A DNA stretch of 64,000 nucleotides, taken from the NCBI GenBank assembly GCA_024413465.1, contig JAKSVU010000001.1:159820-223819 (forward strand). Reading direction: 5' to 3'. The notes below the pieces were generated by a model. The model worked only from the letters and a program-made list of their open reading frames with translations, was not told where the DNA came from and made no database searches. The translations under genes were made by a program, and so were the position numbers. Source of the DNA: Alphaproteobacteria bacterium. Its GTDB lineage: Bacteria; Pseudomonadota; Alphaproteobacteria; CAAGCB01; CAG-977. Of this stretch, positions 39,272 to 49,060 are shown piece after piece (position 1 is the stretch's first letter; each line of letters begins with the position of its first letter).

Positions 39272-39496
39272 ATGAAAAAGAATATTCATCCAGATTATCA
39301 TGAAGTAAAAGTAATCATGACTGATGGCACAGAATTTAAGACTCGTACAACCATGGGAAAAGAAGGTGATTCTATTCGCTTGGATATTGATCCTTTATCA
39401 CATCCAGCATGGACAGGTATTTATCGTTTGATTGATTCTGGTGGTCAGTTGGCAAAATTCAATAAACGTTTTGCTGCTTTTACAGGAAAAAAATAA
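39272..39496 (+). CDS. rpmE: 50S ribosomal protein L31 (Cys-less, zinc-independent type)
   Basis: [14 protein letters not shown]...FNKRF matches the L31 N- and C-terminal blocks. No CxxC zinc ribbon is present. Confidence 0.85.
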   Translation: MKKNIHPDYHEVKVIMTDGTEFKTRTTMGKEGDSIRLDIDPLSHPAWTGIYRLIDSGGQLAKFNKRFAAFTGKK

Positions 39497-39505
39497 ACAA
39501 ATTTG

Positions 39506-39541
39506 CAACGGCTTGACATACAAGCCGTTGATTTTTTTTTA
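39506..39541. terminator. Rho-independent terminator after rpmE
   Basis: aacggcttg-acata-caagccgtt followed by a T9 run. Confidence 0.6.
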
Positions 39542-39588
39542 ACTATCTTTATAATGACTAAAGTATTTTTTGATAAGGATATTTTAAA

Positions 39589-41541
39589 TTGTCAGAAATT
39601 GTTACTTATGAAGTATACATCTATGAGACGACATCTTGGGAACTTGTCGCAAGGTATCCTGTTGAAAAAAAATCAGCTGCAATGGAACATGCAAGATCTC
39701 TTGAATACTCACAGCAGAGACCTACAAAAGTTGTAAAAGAAATATATACACCTGAAGATCAAACTTTTAATGAAAAAATGGTTTATTTGAGTGATATACC
39801 GAAGCCTGTTCCACAAAAAAGAACTCGTACAAAGTCTGATGGATTTAGCCTTCCGACGAAGAATGAAAAAAAGAAGAAAAAACAATCTTTTGCCGAAGCA
39901 ATGATGCTACTTGGGGCAACTTTAGTTTTTTCAATATTAATTTCTAGTGCTCTAACTTATGGAATCATGAGAGCCTTGATTGTTGGAGAATTAATTTCTG
40001 AAGAAGTGGCATCAAAATTTTCTTTATCAATATTTATTTTAACATTCCTTTGTATCTCTATTCCATTATCAGTCAATTGGGTGGATTGGAGCGTTTTATT
40101 TGATGATGAAGATAAAAATGAAAATAAAATAAAAAAAGTATTAGCTGAACAAGATGCTACTAAGAAAAAAGAAAATTTAATTAGTTCTTATAGAAATGAT
40201 CAAGCATCTTGGCTCACAAAAGCCTTTATAAATTTCTTTGCAAAAATACATAATGAAAAAACACTTGAAGAGTTAATTGAAGAAGAAAATAACAGAAAAA
40301 AAAGCTTACAAACAACTGCTCAAAAAGAAGATTTTGAAAAGGCAATTGTTGGTGAAAATACTGATGAAGATTCTCTTAATGAAACTACAGATAATGACGA
40401 AGTTTTTACAGATGAGAATGATGCTTTTGAACAAGATAATTTAGAAGAAAATCCAAAAGAAGATAATTCCCAAAATCAGCAAAAAAATGAAGTGAAACAA
40501 GAAGAAAACACTTTACCTTCAGAATTAGAACAAGAATTTTTAAAATTAACCACTTTTCTATCCTTAATTTTAAAAATTCTTCAAAAACAGAATATTCTTC
40601 TAAATTCATTTGCTAGATTTGGTATTGAATTATTTTTAGCAGGCTCTTGTGAAACTTTATGTAAAAGGCATCACTTAAGTAAGCAGAATAATAAGCAGCT
40701 TGTCATTTCCTTATTAGAACTTTTAGGAAGAACTAAAAATCTTGCTGAAATCTTCTATAACAGATTAGAGGAATACGTACTAGATAAACAATACCTAAAC
40801 ATGATACAGAGTGGCTCACAAGCACTTAGTTTTTATTTAGATAATCCAACATCTCCTGAAGTATTGACGCTTATTCAAAATGCAATGCAAAACTGGACTA
40901 ACCCTGAGGAGAAAGATGGGGACTCTGACAAACAACAATCAAGAGATTCTGGTATTGTTACTGTAATGTTTACAGATATGGTCGGTTCAACCCACATGAC
41001 ACAAAAATATGGTGATGTAGCTGCGCAACAAATTGTTAGGGCTCATAATTCAATTGTTAGACAAGCTTTAAATGCTTGTAGTGGAAAAGAAATCAAACAA
41101 ACTGGAGATGGGATAATGGCATCTTTTGCGTGGGCTTCAAATGCAATTGATGCTGCAATTTCAATTCAAAAGGCAACTACAGCTTACAATAATAAAAATC
41201 CAACAATTCCATTAAAGATTAGAATTGGATTAAACGCTGGTGAACCGATACTTGAAGACAATGATTTATTTGGATTAACGGTTCAATTAGCAGCTAGAAC
41301 TTGTGCTCAAGCTGAAGCTGGACAGATTTTTATTTCTAACGTTGTTCGAGAACTTGCTTCTGGTAAAAATTATCAAATTGAAAATAAAGGTTTTTTCAGC
41401 TTAAAGGGTATAGAAGCTGAGCAAAATTTACATGAAGTTATTTGGCAGAGTAAAAATCTTGATAATACAAAAAGAGATAACCTTGAAAGTCCAACAGAAG
41501 AAAGCAAGCAAAAATTATCACAGGTTTTACCTGAATTATAA
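39589..41541 (+). CDS. Membrane-anchored class III adenylate/guanylate cyclase
   Basis: TTG start with a taagga SD. Two TM helices, an acidic low-complexity linker, then a C-terminal CHD catalytic domain (VMFTDMVGSTHM, GDGIMASF, IGLNAGEP, TVQLAART). Confidence 0.75.
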   Translation: MSEIVTYEVYIYETTSWELVARYPVEKKSAAMEHARSLEYSQQRPTKVVKEIYTPEDQTFNEKMVYLSDIPKPVPQKRTRTKSDGFSLPTKNEKKKKKQSFAEAMMLLGATLVFSILISSALTYGIMRALIVGELISEEVASKFSLSIFILTFLCISIPLSVNWVDWSVLFDDEDKNENKIKKVLAEQDATKKKENLISSYRNDQASWLTKAFINFFAKIHNEKTLEELIEEENNRKKSLQTTAQKEDFEKAIVGENTDEDSLNETTDNDEVFTDENDAFEQDNLEENPKEDNSQNQQKNEVKQEENTLPSELEQEFLKLTTFLSLILKILQKQNILLNSFARFGIELFLAGSCETLCKRHHLSKQNNKQLVISLLELLGRTKNLAEIFYNRLEEYVLDKQYLNMIQSGSQALSFYLDNPTSPEVLTLIQNAMQNWTNPEEKDGDSDKQQSRDSGIVTVMFTDMVGSTHMTQKYGDVAAQQIVRAHNSIVRQALNACSGKEIKQTGDGIMASFAWASNAIDAAISIQKATTAYNNKNPTIPLKIRIGLNAGEPILEDNDLFGLTVQLAARTCAQAEAGQIFISNVVRELASGKNYQIENKGFFSLKGIEAEQNLHEVIWQSKNLDNTKRDNLESPTEESKQKLSQVLPEL

Positions 41542-41625
41542 GTATTTACTTATCGTATTTATTGTGTTATCCTATGGTAAAGGAAGGGTCTCAGAATGAG
41601 ACTTAATTAGTGAGGAGTATCTATC

Positions 41626-42411
41626 ATGTCAACGAATTCAATTGAACTTACAGCCACACAAGTCAAAGCGTTTGGCAAGTCATCTTCCGATATTTATAGC
41701 GAATCTATTGATAATGCACGAGATATAGGAAATCTTCGGGTAAATAAGACTCGTTTAAATTTAATTACAACTTTAAATAAAAAAGAGAATGAAGATTGGT
41801 TTTCGTTTAAGAGTTTTAATGATGGAAAATTACGTTTCTCTGCAATAAATGTTTCAGAAATAGATGATGAAAACAAGAAAAAAGATGTAAATGCTCTTCT
41901 AGATTCTAACAACGAAGATGCTGGTGAAGATATTAAAGCTATGTTCTATGGGAAAGGTCTTCGTGTAGAAATTTATACAAAACAGGGAAATAGAAGTAAT
42001 TTAATAGCATCAAATGATGAAAAAAATGAAAAAGCATTTGATGCTTTTAAGAGTATGTTAGATGGTGAATTCAAAGCGTCAAAGGGACAAACGTACTATG
42101 TTCATGTAACAACAACTGATGGGAAACCTTCTAAAGAAGATACATTATACGCTTTGCAAGTTCAACTAGGAAATAAATATACAGAGAATTATACTGTAAA
42201 GGAACAAGCTGTAGATTATGAAAATTTATCATCTGCAGAAATTGCACAAAGGCAAGCTGAAGAACAACAATCTTCACTTTTGACTGGGTATACAGGAGGT
42301 CTCTTATCACAACAAGGTGCTGATGATATTTTATCCGACGGATATAACAATATGGCGACAATTAATTCAAATAAAAAGGGCGGTTCGACCATATTCGATA
42401 TATTAATTTAA
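41626..42411 (+). CDS. Hypothetical hydrophilic protein
   Basis: 261 aa with no signal peptide and no recognisable motif. Its stop overlaps cysK convergently. Confidence 0.4.
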   Translation: MSTNSIELTATQVKAFGKSSSDIYSESIDNARDIGNLRVNKTRLNLITTLNKKENEDWFSFKSFNDGKLRFSAINVSEIDDENKKKDVNALLDSNNEDAGEDIKAMFYGKGLRVEIYTKQGNRSNLIASNDEKNEKAFDAFKSMLDGEFKASKGQTYYVHVTTTDGKPSKEDTLYALQVQLGNKYTENYTVKEQAVDYENLSSAEIAQRQAEEQQSSLLTGYTGGLLSQQGADDILSDGYNNMATINSNKKGGSTIFDILI

Positions 42412-43343
42412 TCGATTGAAAACATTTTTGTAGACAGATATCTATCTCCTGTATCTGGTAGTATGACTACGATATTTTTCCCTTGATTCTCTTTTTTTGA
42501 TGCTACTTCTATAGCTGCATACAAAGCAGCACCTGATGATATTCCAACAAGAATTCCCTCTTTTTGAGCAATTAAACGACCTGTCTTAAAGGCATCATTT
42601 TCAGATACAGTCATAACATCATCATAAATATTTTTATCCAATGTTTGTGGAATAAAATTAGCACCAATTCCCTGAATACCATGTTCACCAGATTTTCCTG
42701 TTGACAACAATGGAGAATTATTAGGTTCTACTGCAATAACTTTTATCGATTTATTTTTTTCTTTTAAAAACTTTCCTACACCTGACAATGTTCCACCAGT
42801 ACCAACGCCTGCAATAAAATAATCTACATTACCATCTAAATCATTCCAAATTTCAGGCCCTGTTGTACAATAATGAGCTAATGGATTAACTGGATTTTTA
42901 AATTGTCCAGGAATAAAGCTATTTGAAATACTTTTTGACAACTCTTCCGCCTTTCTTACAGCCCCAGCCATACCTTCATTACCATCTGTCAAGACAATCT
43001 CAGCACCATATGCTTTCAACAATTGGATTCTTTCCTTACTCATAGTATCAGGCATTGTTAGAATAATTTTGTAACCTCTGCTGGCAGCAATAGATGCTAA
43101 ACCTATACCAGTATTTCCACTTGTTGGTTCAATTATAGTTGCTCCCGGCTTTATTTTATTTTCCTTTTCAGCAAAGTCTATCATATACTTAGCAACTCTA
43201 TCTTTTGCACTTCCTGCTGGATTTAAGTTTTCTAATTTTACTAATACATGAGATAAAAGTTTTAACTCTTTTTCAATTCGACAAACTTCCATTAAGGGGG
43301 TGTGACCAATTATTTCATCTACAGATCTAAAAAACTTACTCAT
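42408..43343 (-). CDS. cysK: Cysteine synthase A (O-acetylserine sulfhydrylase, PLP-dependent)
   Basis: GSAKDR PLP-lysine region, TSGNTGIGLA, GTGGT. Confidence 0.85.
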   Translation of the reverse strand: MSKFFRSVDEIIGHTPLMEVCRIEKELKLLSHVLVKLENLNPAGSAKDRVAKYMIDFAEKENKIKPGATIIEPTSGNTGIGLASIAASRGYKIILTMPDTMSKERIQLLKAYGAEIVLTDGNEGMAGAVRKAEELSKSISNSFIPGQFKNPVNPLAHYCTTGPEIWNDLDGNVDYFIAGVGTGGTLSGVGKFLKEKNKSIKVIAVEPNNSPLLSTGKSGEHGIQGIGANFIPQTLDKNIYDDVMTVSENDAFKTGRLIAQKEGILVGISSGAALYAAIEVASKKENQGKNIVVILPDTGDRYLSTKMFSID

Positions 43344-43367
43344 TTTATAAAAATTCCTAAAATAATT

Positions 43368-44864
43368 TTACTTTTTTCTAACAGTAAAAACTCTTTCAAT
43401 TTCCGTTAACAAAACCATAATATTTTTATTATGTTGCTTGTTTAGAATTGAAGTTTCTTTAAAATTCCATTCACTGTTAATAGAAATTAATGCATCTTGC
43501 AATTCCCAATGATAATTAAATTGTCGCCCCATTAACTCCTTTAATTGACTTATTTGATCATCTGTAAAAAGTTGTGCATCTATCAAATCAAATTTATTTC
43601 CATCAATTAACACATTAATTAGTTCTGCAGAATTTAATATATCTTGCTGCACAGAACTTGATAATTTACCAACTCTTGACTGAATAGCATTAACAAATTC
43701 AGTTCCAGATTTATATTTATTCCCCTTAAGAATTCCCAATTGTTTCGGAGAGATATTCTTTTGATGATCAATTATTCTATTATAAACAGGCGTTGATAAA
43801 AAATACGTTTTCTGAGTATAAACATTTTGATTAAAAACATTCTGCATAAAAAACAATGCAAAAAAACAAATAGCTGCTGCAATTACTGGGGTAATCACCC
43901 AACCACAAATGATTCTGCCAACAACACTCCACTTTATTGTTTTTGCAGCCCCTTTGCATAGTCCAACTCCAATAACTGCACCAACAACTGCCTGCGTAGA
44001 TGAAACTGGAACCAACGGTATTGTGGGTAAATCATGAGAAGCTAAAAAATATTCTAAACCTTCTGATGCAAAAATAAACAAAACAAATGATTGAGCAACA
44101 ACAACAACCCATGCTGCAAATGGAGAAAGTGGCATTAACCCTTTTCCAACAGTCCCCATTACTTTGTGTGAATATGTAAATACTCCTACTGCCGTAGCAA
44201 TAGACCCAATAAAGAACAACTGCTGAACTGCTGATATATGTATACCATTTATATCTAAATCAAAAAAAGGAGCTACTGGAACAAAGACACCCACAACGTT
44301 TGCCATATTATTAGCCCCTAATGAATATGCACCAAAAGCTCCTGTAACTATCATGGCTATTCTTGTATAATAATCTCTTTTAAGTAAATGTATCTTTGCA
44401 CTTCTTAAAAGTTTATTTAATGATAAATAAATTATTGCAGAAAATAACGCTGATAAAAGCGGACATGCAACCCAGGTTGATGCAATTTTCACAACAGAAT
44501 TAACATCTGTAACCGAATCTGTAAACCAGTTCCATCCTATAATCGCACCTACAACAGCTTGAGATACGGAAACTGGCAAACCACATTTTATCATTGAATA
44601 TACGGTAAAAGCTGCTGCAAAAGCTGTGGTAAAAGCACCCGCTATAGCACTAACCGTACCCAAACTTCCTAAAGTATGAGCTGCCCCCACACCACTTATA
44701 ACAGCCCCCAACGTAATAAATATACTACAAACTATCGCTGCTATTTTAAAGCGAACCATTCTCGTACTTACAGCTGTACCAAAAATATTTGCGGCATCGT
44801 TCGCTCCCAAGGACCATCCTAAGAACAAACCACTACTTAAAAAAATAAGTCCTGTAATCCCCAT
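43368..44864 (-). CDS. PiT-family inorganic phosphate transporter (PHO4 domains) with a large central hydrophilic insertion
   Basis: LGANDAAN and GANNMAN PHO4 repeats. 498 aa. Confidence 0.75.
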   Translation of the reverse strand: MGITGLIFLSSGLFLGWSLGANDAANIFGTAVSTRMVRFKIAAIVCSIFITLGAVISGVGAAHTLGSLGTVSAIAGAFTTAFAAAFTVYSMIKCGLPVSVSQAVVGAIIGWNWFTDSVTDVNSVVKIASTWVACPLLSALFSAIIYLSLNKLLRSAKIHLLKRDYYTRIAMIVTGAFGAYSLGANNMANVVGVFVPVAPFFDLDINGIHISAVQQLFFIGSIATAVGVFTYSHKVMGTVGKGLMPLSPFAAWVVVVAQSFVLFIFASEGLEYFLASHDLPTIPLVPVSSTQAVVGAVIGVGLCKGAAKTIKWSVVGRIICGWVITPVIAAAICFFALFFMQNVFNQNVYTQKTYFLSTPVYNRIIDHQKNISPKQLGILKGNKYKSGTEFVNAIQSRVGKLSSSVQQDILNSAELINVLIDGNKFDLIDAQLFTDDQISQLKELMGRQFNYHWELQDALISINSEWNFKETSILNKQHNKNIMVLLTEIERVFTVRKK

Positions 44865-44875
44865 AGTAAACTCAA

Positions 44876-45538
44876 TTAATTATCACGTTTGATTACATAT
44901 ATAGCTAATTTATCTGTTATATCCTCAGCCATATCAGCTAAGTTATCAATCATCTCTATAAAACTACATAGATGCATCTTATTTGCTAACGGCAAATCTG
45001 ATGAAAAAATAGCTTTTTTTATCTTTGTACTTATTCTATCTGCTTCACTTTCATAAAAACGAACTTTGTGAATATAATCACGACAGGAATTAAAATCACG
45101 AAAAAAAGTTCTCGCTGCAATGGTTATTTGTTCAACAGAATTTGTAACTGATTCCACAATAGCACTTACATCTGAATGTAGCATAGATGGGAAAACTGGT
45201 TGTTCTATCAAAAAACTATATCCATTTGTTTCATAAGCATCAATTATGGCATCTAAGTCTTCAACCAAACTGAGAACATCACCTCGCAAATCTGGAATTA
45301 AATTTTGTTCATACAACCCCGTTTCGATTTCACGTCTCAATTCATCAGCTCGACTTTCAATATGACCTACTTGTTCTGTATGAGCTGTAAAATCATCAGT
45401 TGCCCCGTATTCTAAATAAACACTTAAAGCTTTTTTATAAATTAAACCAGCTTCCGAAATTCTATCTAAAAACTCATCAATTTTATTTTCTAAGGCACGA
45501 CTGCCGTAAAACATTGAAAGACCTTTTGCTAAATTCAT
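44876..45538 (-). CDS. DUF47 (TIGR00153, PhoU-like) Pit accessory protein
   Basis: Position directly downstream of pit, helical-bundle composition, and the family-typical N-terminal GSRALENKIDEFLD. Confidence 0.65.
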   Translation of the reverse strand: MNLAKGLSMFYGSRALENKIDEFLDRISEAGLIYKKALSVYLEYGATDDFTAHTEQVGHIESRADELRREIETGLYEQNLIPDLRGDVLSLVEDLDAIIDAYETNGYSFLIEQPVFPSMLHSDVSAIVESVTNSVEQITIAARTFFRDFNSCRDYIHKVRFYESEADRISTKIKKAIFSSDLPLANKMHLCSFIEMIDNLADMAEDITDKLAIYVIKRDN

Positions 45539-45599
45539 TTTTCCCTCTTCTCTTAATAAACTTTTACAATCCTACCAAGCTACATTTTAAAAATCAAAT

Positions 45600-46370
45600 C
45601 TATTTCTTAATTTTTAATAGCTTATACGACAAAATCACAGCAAAGAATGTTACAAAAAACAAGACTGCACATAGTGCATTTACATCAGGTTTTATTCCCG
45701 TTTGAACCATTGAATAAATTTTTAGTGGTAAAATTTCAAAACTTTTATCTCCTACAAAATAACTTATAACAACATCATCTATAGACAATGTAAAACTCAT
45801 AAGCCATCCTGCAAAAACTGCTGGAATGATTAATGGTATCAATATTTTTCGAACGATATCAACATCTGTCGCTCCAAGATCGGAAGCTGCTTCTATCAAT
45901 TGTTTATCAAATCCCTTTAATCTAGCTAGTACCGTCATAGTCACATATGGAAAACAAAAAACCGTATGCGATAAAAGTAACGTCGTAAAGCCTAATGGTA
46001 CCCCCAACACAATAAACATTACCACTAAAGAAATTCCCTGAACAATTTCAGGTGACATCATTATCACGGACAACGAACTATATACAACTTTTTGCCCTAT
46101 AAATTTATATCTATGTAAAGCTATTGCAGTTATGGTTCCTACAACTGTAGACAGACACGCTGACATTGTTGCTAAAATAATTGATCTAATTGCTGCTTGA
46201 AGTAAATCACTATTGCTGAATAAATTTGAATACCATTTAGTTGTAAATCCATTCCATGTATCTGATATTTCACTATTACTAAAAGATAAAACGATAGCAA
46301 CTATCAATGGTATATACAAGACCAAATAGACCGTCAATATATACAGAAATTTTAAAAATTTTCTTACCAT
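45600..46370 (-). CDS. potC: Spermidine/putrescine ABC transporter permease PotC
   Basis: ABC permease EAA-like loop (IEAASDLGAT). 4-7-nt overlaps in the potA-potB-potC order. Confidence 0.75.
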   Translation of the reverse strand: MVRKFLKFLYILTVYLVLYIPLIVAIVLSFSNSEISDTWNGFTTKWYSNLFSNSDLLQAAIRSIILATMSACLSTVVGTITAIALHRYKFIGQKVVYSSLSVIMMSPEIVQGISLVVMFIVLGVPLGFTTLLLSHTVFCFPYVTMTVLARLKGFDKQLIEAASDLGATDVDIVRKILIPLIIPAVFAGWLMSFTLSIDDVVISYFVGDKSFEILPLKIYSMVQTGIKPDVNALCAVLFFVTFFAVILSYKLLKIKK

Positions 46371-47227
46371 AATTGACGTTCCTCTTCTACGGTATTTCCA
46401 CTCTTAAAATATAACTTTAAAAGTAACAACATAAAAACTGTTAATGAAACACTAATTGCAGCACCTATTGGCCAATCTTTATCAACCGTAAATTTATTAC
46501 GAATAATTGTTCCTAAAACACTAATATCCGCTCCACCTAAAATATCTGAAACATAAAATAAAGTTAACGCTGGTAAGAAAACCATTATACACCCAGCAAC
46601 AATACCTGAAAAACTTAATGGAATTGTGATTTTAAAAAAGACCTCAGCACTTCCTGCTCCTAAATCCCTTGCTGCCTCAATTACACTTCTGTCAATTTTT
46701 TCTAAGACTGCATACAATGGTAAAATCATAAATGGAAGTAACGTATAGCACATTCCAACAAAAACCGCAAAATTTGTATTTAACAGAACTAATGGACTTT
46801 TAATCAAACCAATTTTTAAAAGGATTGTATTGATAAAACCATCTTTACTTAAAATCGATATCAATGCATAATTTCTAACCAAGGAATTTGTCCAAAAAGG
46901 AACTATGATAAGCATCAGAAATAAGATTCTGTAATCTTTTGAGATTCTAGCAATGATACAGGTAAAGGGATAACCAACTAATAAACAGAATACCGTCGTA
47001 GCAATAGATAAACTAAATGATTTTACTATTATTTCCAACAAAGCCGTATCTGTTAAGGCAACATAATTCTGCAGATTAAGTGGCAATCTCAAATACCACT
47101 CTGCATCCTTTGTTAAAAAACTAGCCAATAAAACCAAAAGATTTGGAGCAAAAACCATCACTCCTAACCAGATAAAAATAAAATACAATACTGCTGTGCG
47201 ACAAAAAGAATCAGGCGTTTTATGCAT
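46364..47227 (-). CDS. potB: Spermidine/putrescine ABC transporter permease PotB
   Basis: ABC permease with EAARDLGAG loop. 287 aa. Confidence 0.75.
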   Translation of the reverse strand: MHKTPDSFCRTAVLYFIFIWLGVMVFAPNLLVLLASFLTKDAEWYLRLPLNLQNYVALTDTALLEIIVKSFSLSIATTVFCLLVGYPFTCIIARISKDYRILFLMLIIVPFWTNSLVRNYALISILSKDGFINTILLKIGLIKSPLVLLNTNFAVFVGMCYTLLPFMILPLYAVLEKIDRSVIEAARDLGAGSAEVFFKITIPLSFSGIVAGCIMVFLPALTLFYVSDILGGADISVLGTIIRNKFTVDKDWPIGAAISVSLTVFMLLLLKLYFKSGNTVEEERQLW

Positions 47228-48329
47228 CAGGCAAAATTACCTCCCAATCTTTAATCCAAGATACATTAACAACATCATCAACAGCATAAATAATATCCGG
47301 ATCATCTTCATTGAAAAATTGCGTAGCCATAATCATGTTTCCACCTGCAGTTTGAATCCATAAATCTATAGTTCTTCCCTTATAAACCAAATGATTTATT
47401 ACCCCCCTTAAGGCATTTTCCGGAGCATCCATTTCAGCAGAATTAACTTTACTTACGACCATATCTTCAGGTCTTAATAAAACTTTAATTTTACTTCCAC
47501 GACTAACTTCAAAAGCTTTTGGTTTTCTTAATTGGTAAAACATTCCCTCTACGACAGTGTCAAAATTAGAATCATCTACTTTCAAGACCATTCCATCAAA
47601 AACATTAATTTCCCCAACAAACTTTGCAACGAACATATTTTTTGGTTCTTCATAAATCTGAATCGGAGATCCTACCTGTTCAATCATACCTTCATTTAAA
47701 ACAACAACTCTATCTGACATAGATAAAGCTTCTTCTTGATCATGAGTAACATACACAAACGTCAACCCCAAATCTTTTTGTAACTCTTTTAATTCTATTT
47801 GCATTTCCTGACGAAGCTTATAATCCAAAGCAGATAGAGGTTCATCCAATAATAAAATTTTTGGATTATTAATAAATGCACGAGCCATTGCTACACGTTG
47901 TTGTTGCCCACTAGATAATTCCGAAGGAAAACGAGCATAAAATTGGCTCATTTTTACTTTTTCAAGAGCCTTAAAAACTTCTTGCTCAATAACTTCATCT
48001 TCAATGCCCTTCATCACAAGACCAAAAGCAACGTTATCAAAAACATTCATATGCGGAAACAAGGCATATTGTTGAAAAATTGTATTCACAAACCTTCGAT
48101 TTGGAGGCAAATGAGAAATTTCTTTTCCATTCATTAAAATTTTCCCACTTGTAGGTCTTTCAAAACCAGCTATTAATCTTAACAATGTCGTTTTTCCACA
48201 CCCTGAAGGTCCAAGTAATGTCAAAAACTCACCGTCATTGATCACTAAATCAACATCATCTAAAACCTTATTTACACCAAAAAATTTTGTTAAACCTTTT
48301 AGCTCTAACAAAGAATGTTGTTCGTTCAC
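47220..48329 (-). CDS. potA: Spermidine/putrescine import ATP-binding protein PotA
   Basis: GPSGCGKTT Walker A, LSGGQQQRVAMARA signature, and a C-terminal TOBE-like domain. 369 aa. Confidence 0.8.
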   Translation of the reverse strand: MNEQHSLLELKGLTKFFGVNKVLDDVDLVINDGEFLTLLGPSGCGKTTLLRLIAGFERPTSGKILMNGKEISHLPPNRRFVNTIFQQYALFPHMNVFDNVAFGLVMKGIEDEVIEQEVFKALEKVKMSQFYARFPSELSSGQQQRVAMARAFINNPKILLLDEPLSALDYKLRQEMQIELKELQKDLGLTFVYVTHDQEEALSMSDRVVVLNEGMIEQVGSPIQIYEEPKNMFVAKFVGEINVFDGMVLKVDDSNFDTVVEGMFYQLRKPKAFEVSRGSKIKVLLRPEDMVVSKVNSAEMDAPENALRGVINHLVYKGRTIDLWIQTAGGNMIMATQFFNEDDPDIIYAVDDVVNVSWIKDWEVILPDA

Positions 48330-48451
48330 TATTTTTTTCCTTTATCAAAATTATTCTAAGATTTATTTTATACAATTTATTTCAATAAAATAAATAAAAA
48401 TTTCCCTTCAAAATTATAAAAATTTGAATAAACTCCTTAAATGATTGGAGA

Positions 48452-49021
48452 TTGTCTTTGAATAAAAAAAATCGTTTTATTAAAATGTTAAAAAAAGTTT
48501 TTAGCAAGAAAGCAAAAACTTTAAATAAAAATAATGTATTTCCCGTTAAAGGTTGCATCGTTCGATGTAACCTTGGAGTTCTACTTGACCATTCCGGAAT
48601 TTATGTAGGAAATGGGAAAATTGTCAATTTAACACGAAATGGTGAAATAAAACTTGAAAACTTTCAATCTTTTTTTCCACCAGGAACAGATCCAAATTCT
48701 AATAAAATTTATACAGCATGTCTTGATGGAACAAATATTGTACTTCATTCAAAAGAAGCATATAAACGTGCATTACAAAAAGTTAATCATTCTTCGAAAT
48801 ACAATATTCTTTTTAATAATTGCCACAGATTTACATGTGGCTGTATAAATGGAAATTTTGAGAATGAAACTGTATCTTTTTCAATGCTTGAAGAAAATAT
48901 TTTAAGAAACATTAATAAGTTAATTCCTCAAAAAAATTTTTTAATCCGTTTTTTTCTAAATCTTTTTACAAAAAAGAAGAAGATATTAAATAAAATTATT
49001 TGGAAACCTATTGAATTTTAA
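48452..49021 (+). CDS. LRAT/PLAAT (H-rev107)-like NlpC/P60-superfamily protein
   Basis: HSGIYVGNGKIVNL parallels HWALYIGDGYVIHL, and KYNILFNNCHRF parallels KYSIVSRNCEHF (catalytic Cys block) of PLAAT/LRAT enzymes. The start codon is uncertain (a TTG with a poorly spaced SD). Confidence 0.5.
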   Translation: MSLNKKNRFIKMLKKVFSKKAKTLNKNNVFPVKGCIVRCNLGVLLDHSGIYVGNGKIVNLTRNGEIKLENFQSFFPPGTDPNSNKIYTACLDGTNIVLHSKEAYKRALQKVNHSSKYNILFNNCHRFTCGCINGNFENETVSFSMLEENILRNINKLIPQKNFLIRFFLNLFTKKKKILNKIIWKPIEF

Positions 49022-49060
49022 TTTGCTAAACAAACCATAACGGGGTATCCTTATCTAGTT

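Noticed and set aside
47220-48451. Missing potD suggesting a pseudogenised transporter
   Set aside because: Substrate-binding proteins are often encoded elsewhere, and the potABC ORFs are intact with proper motifs. There is no evidence of decay within the window.
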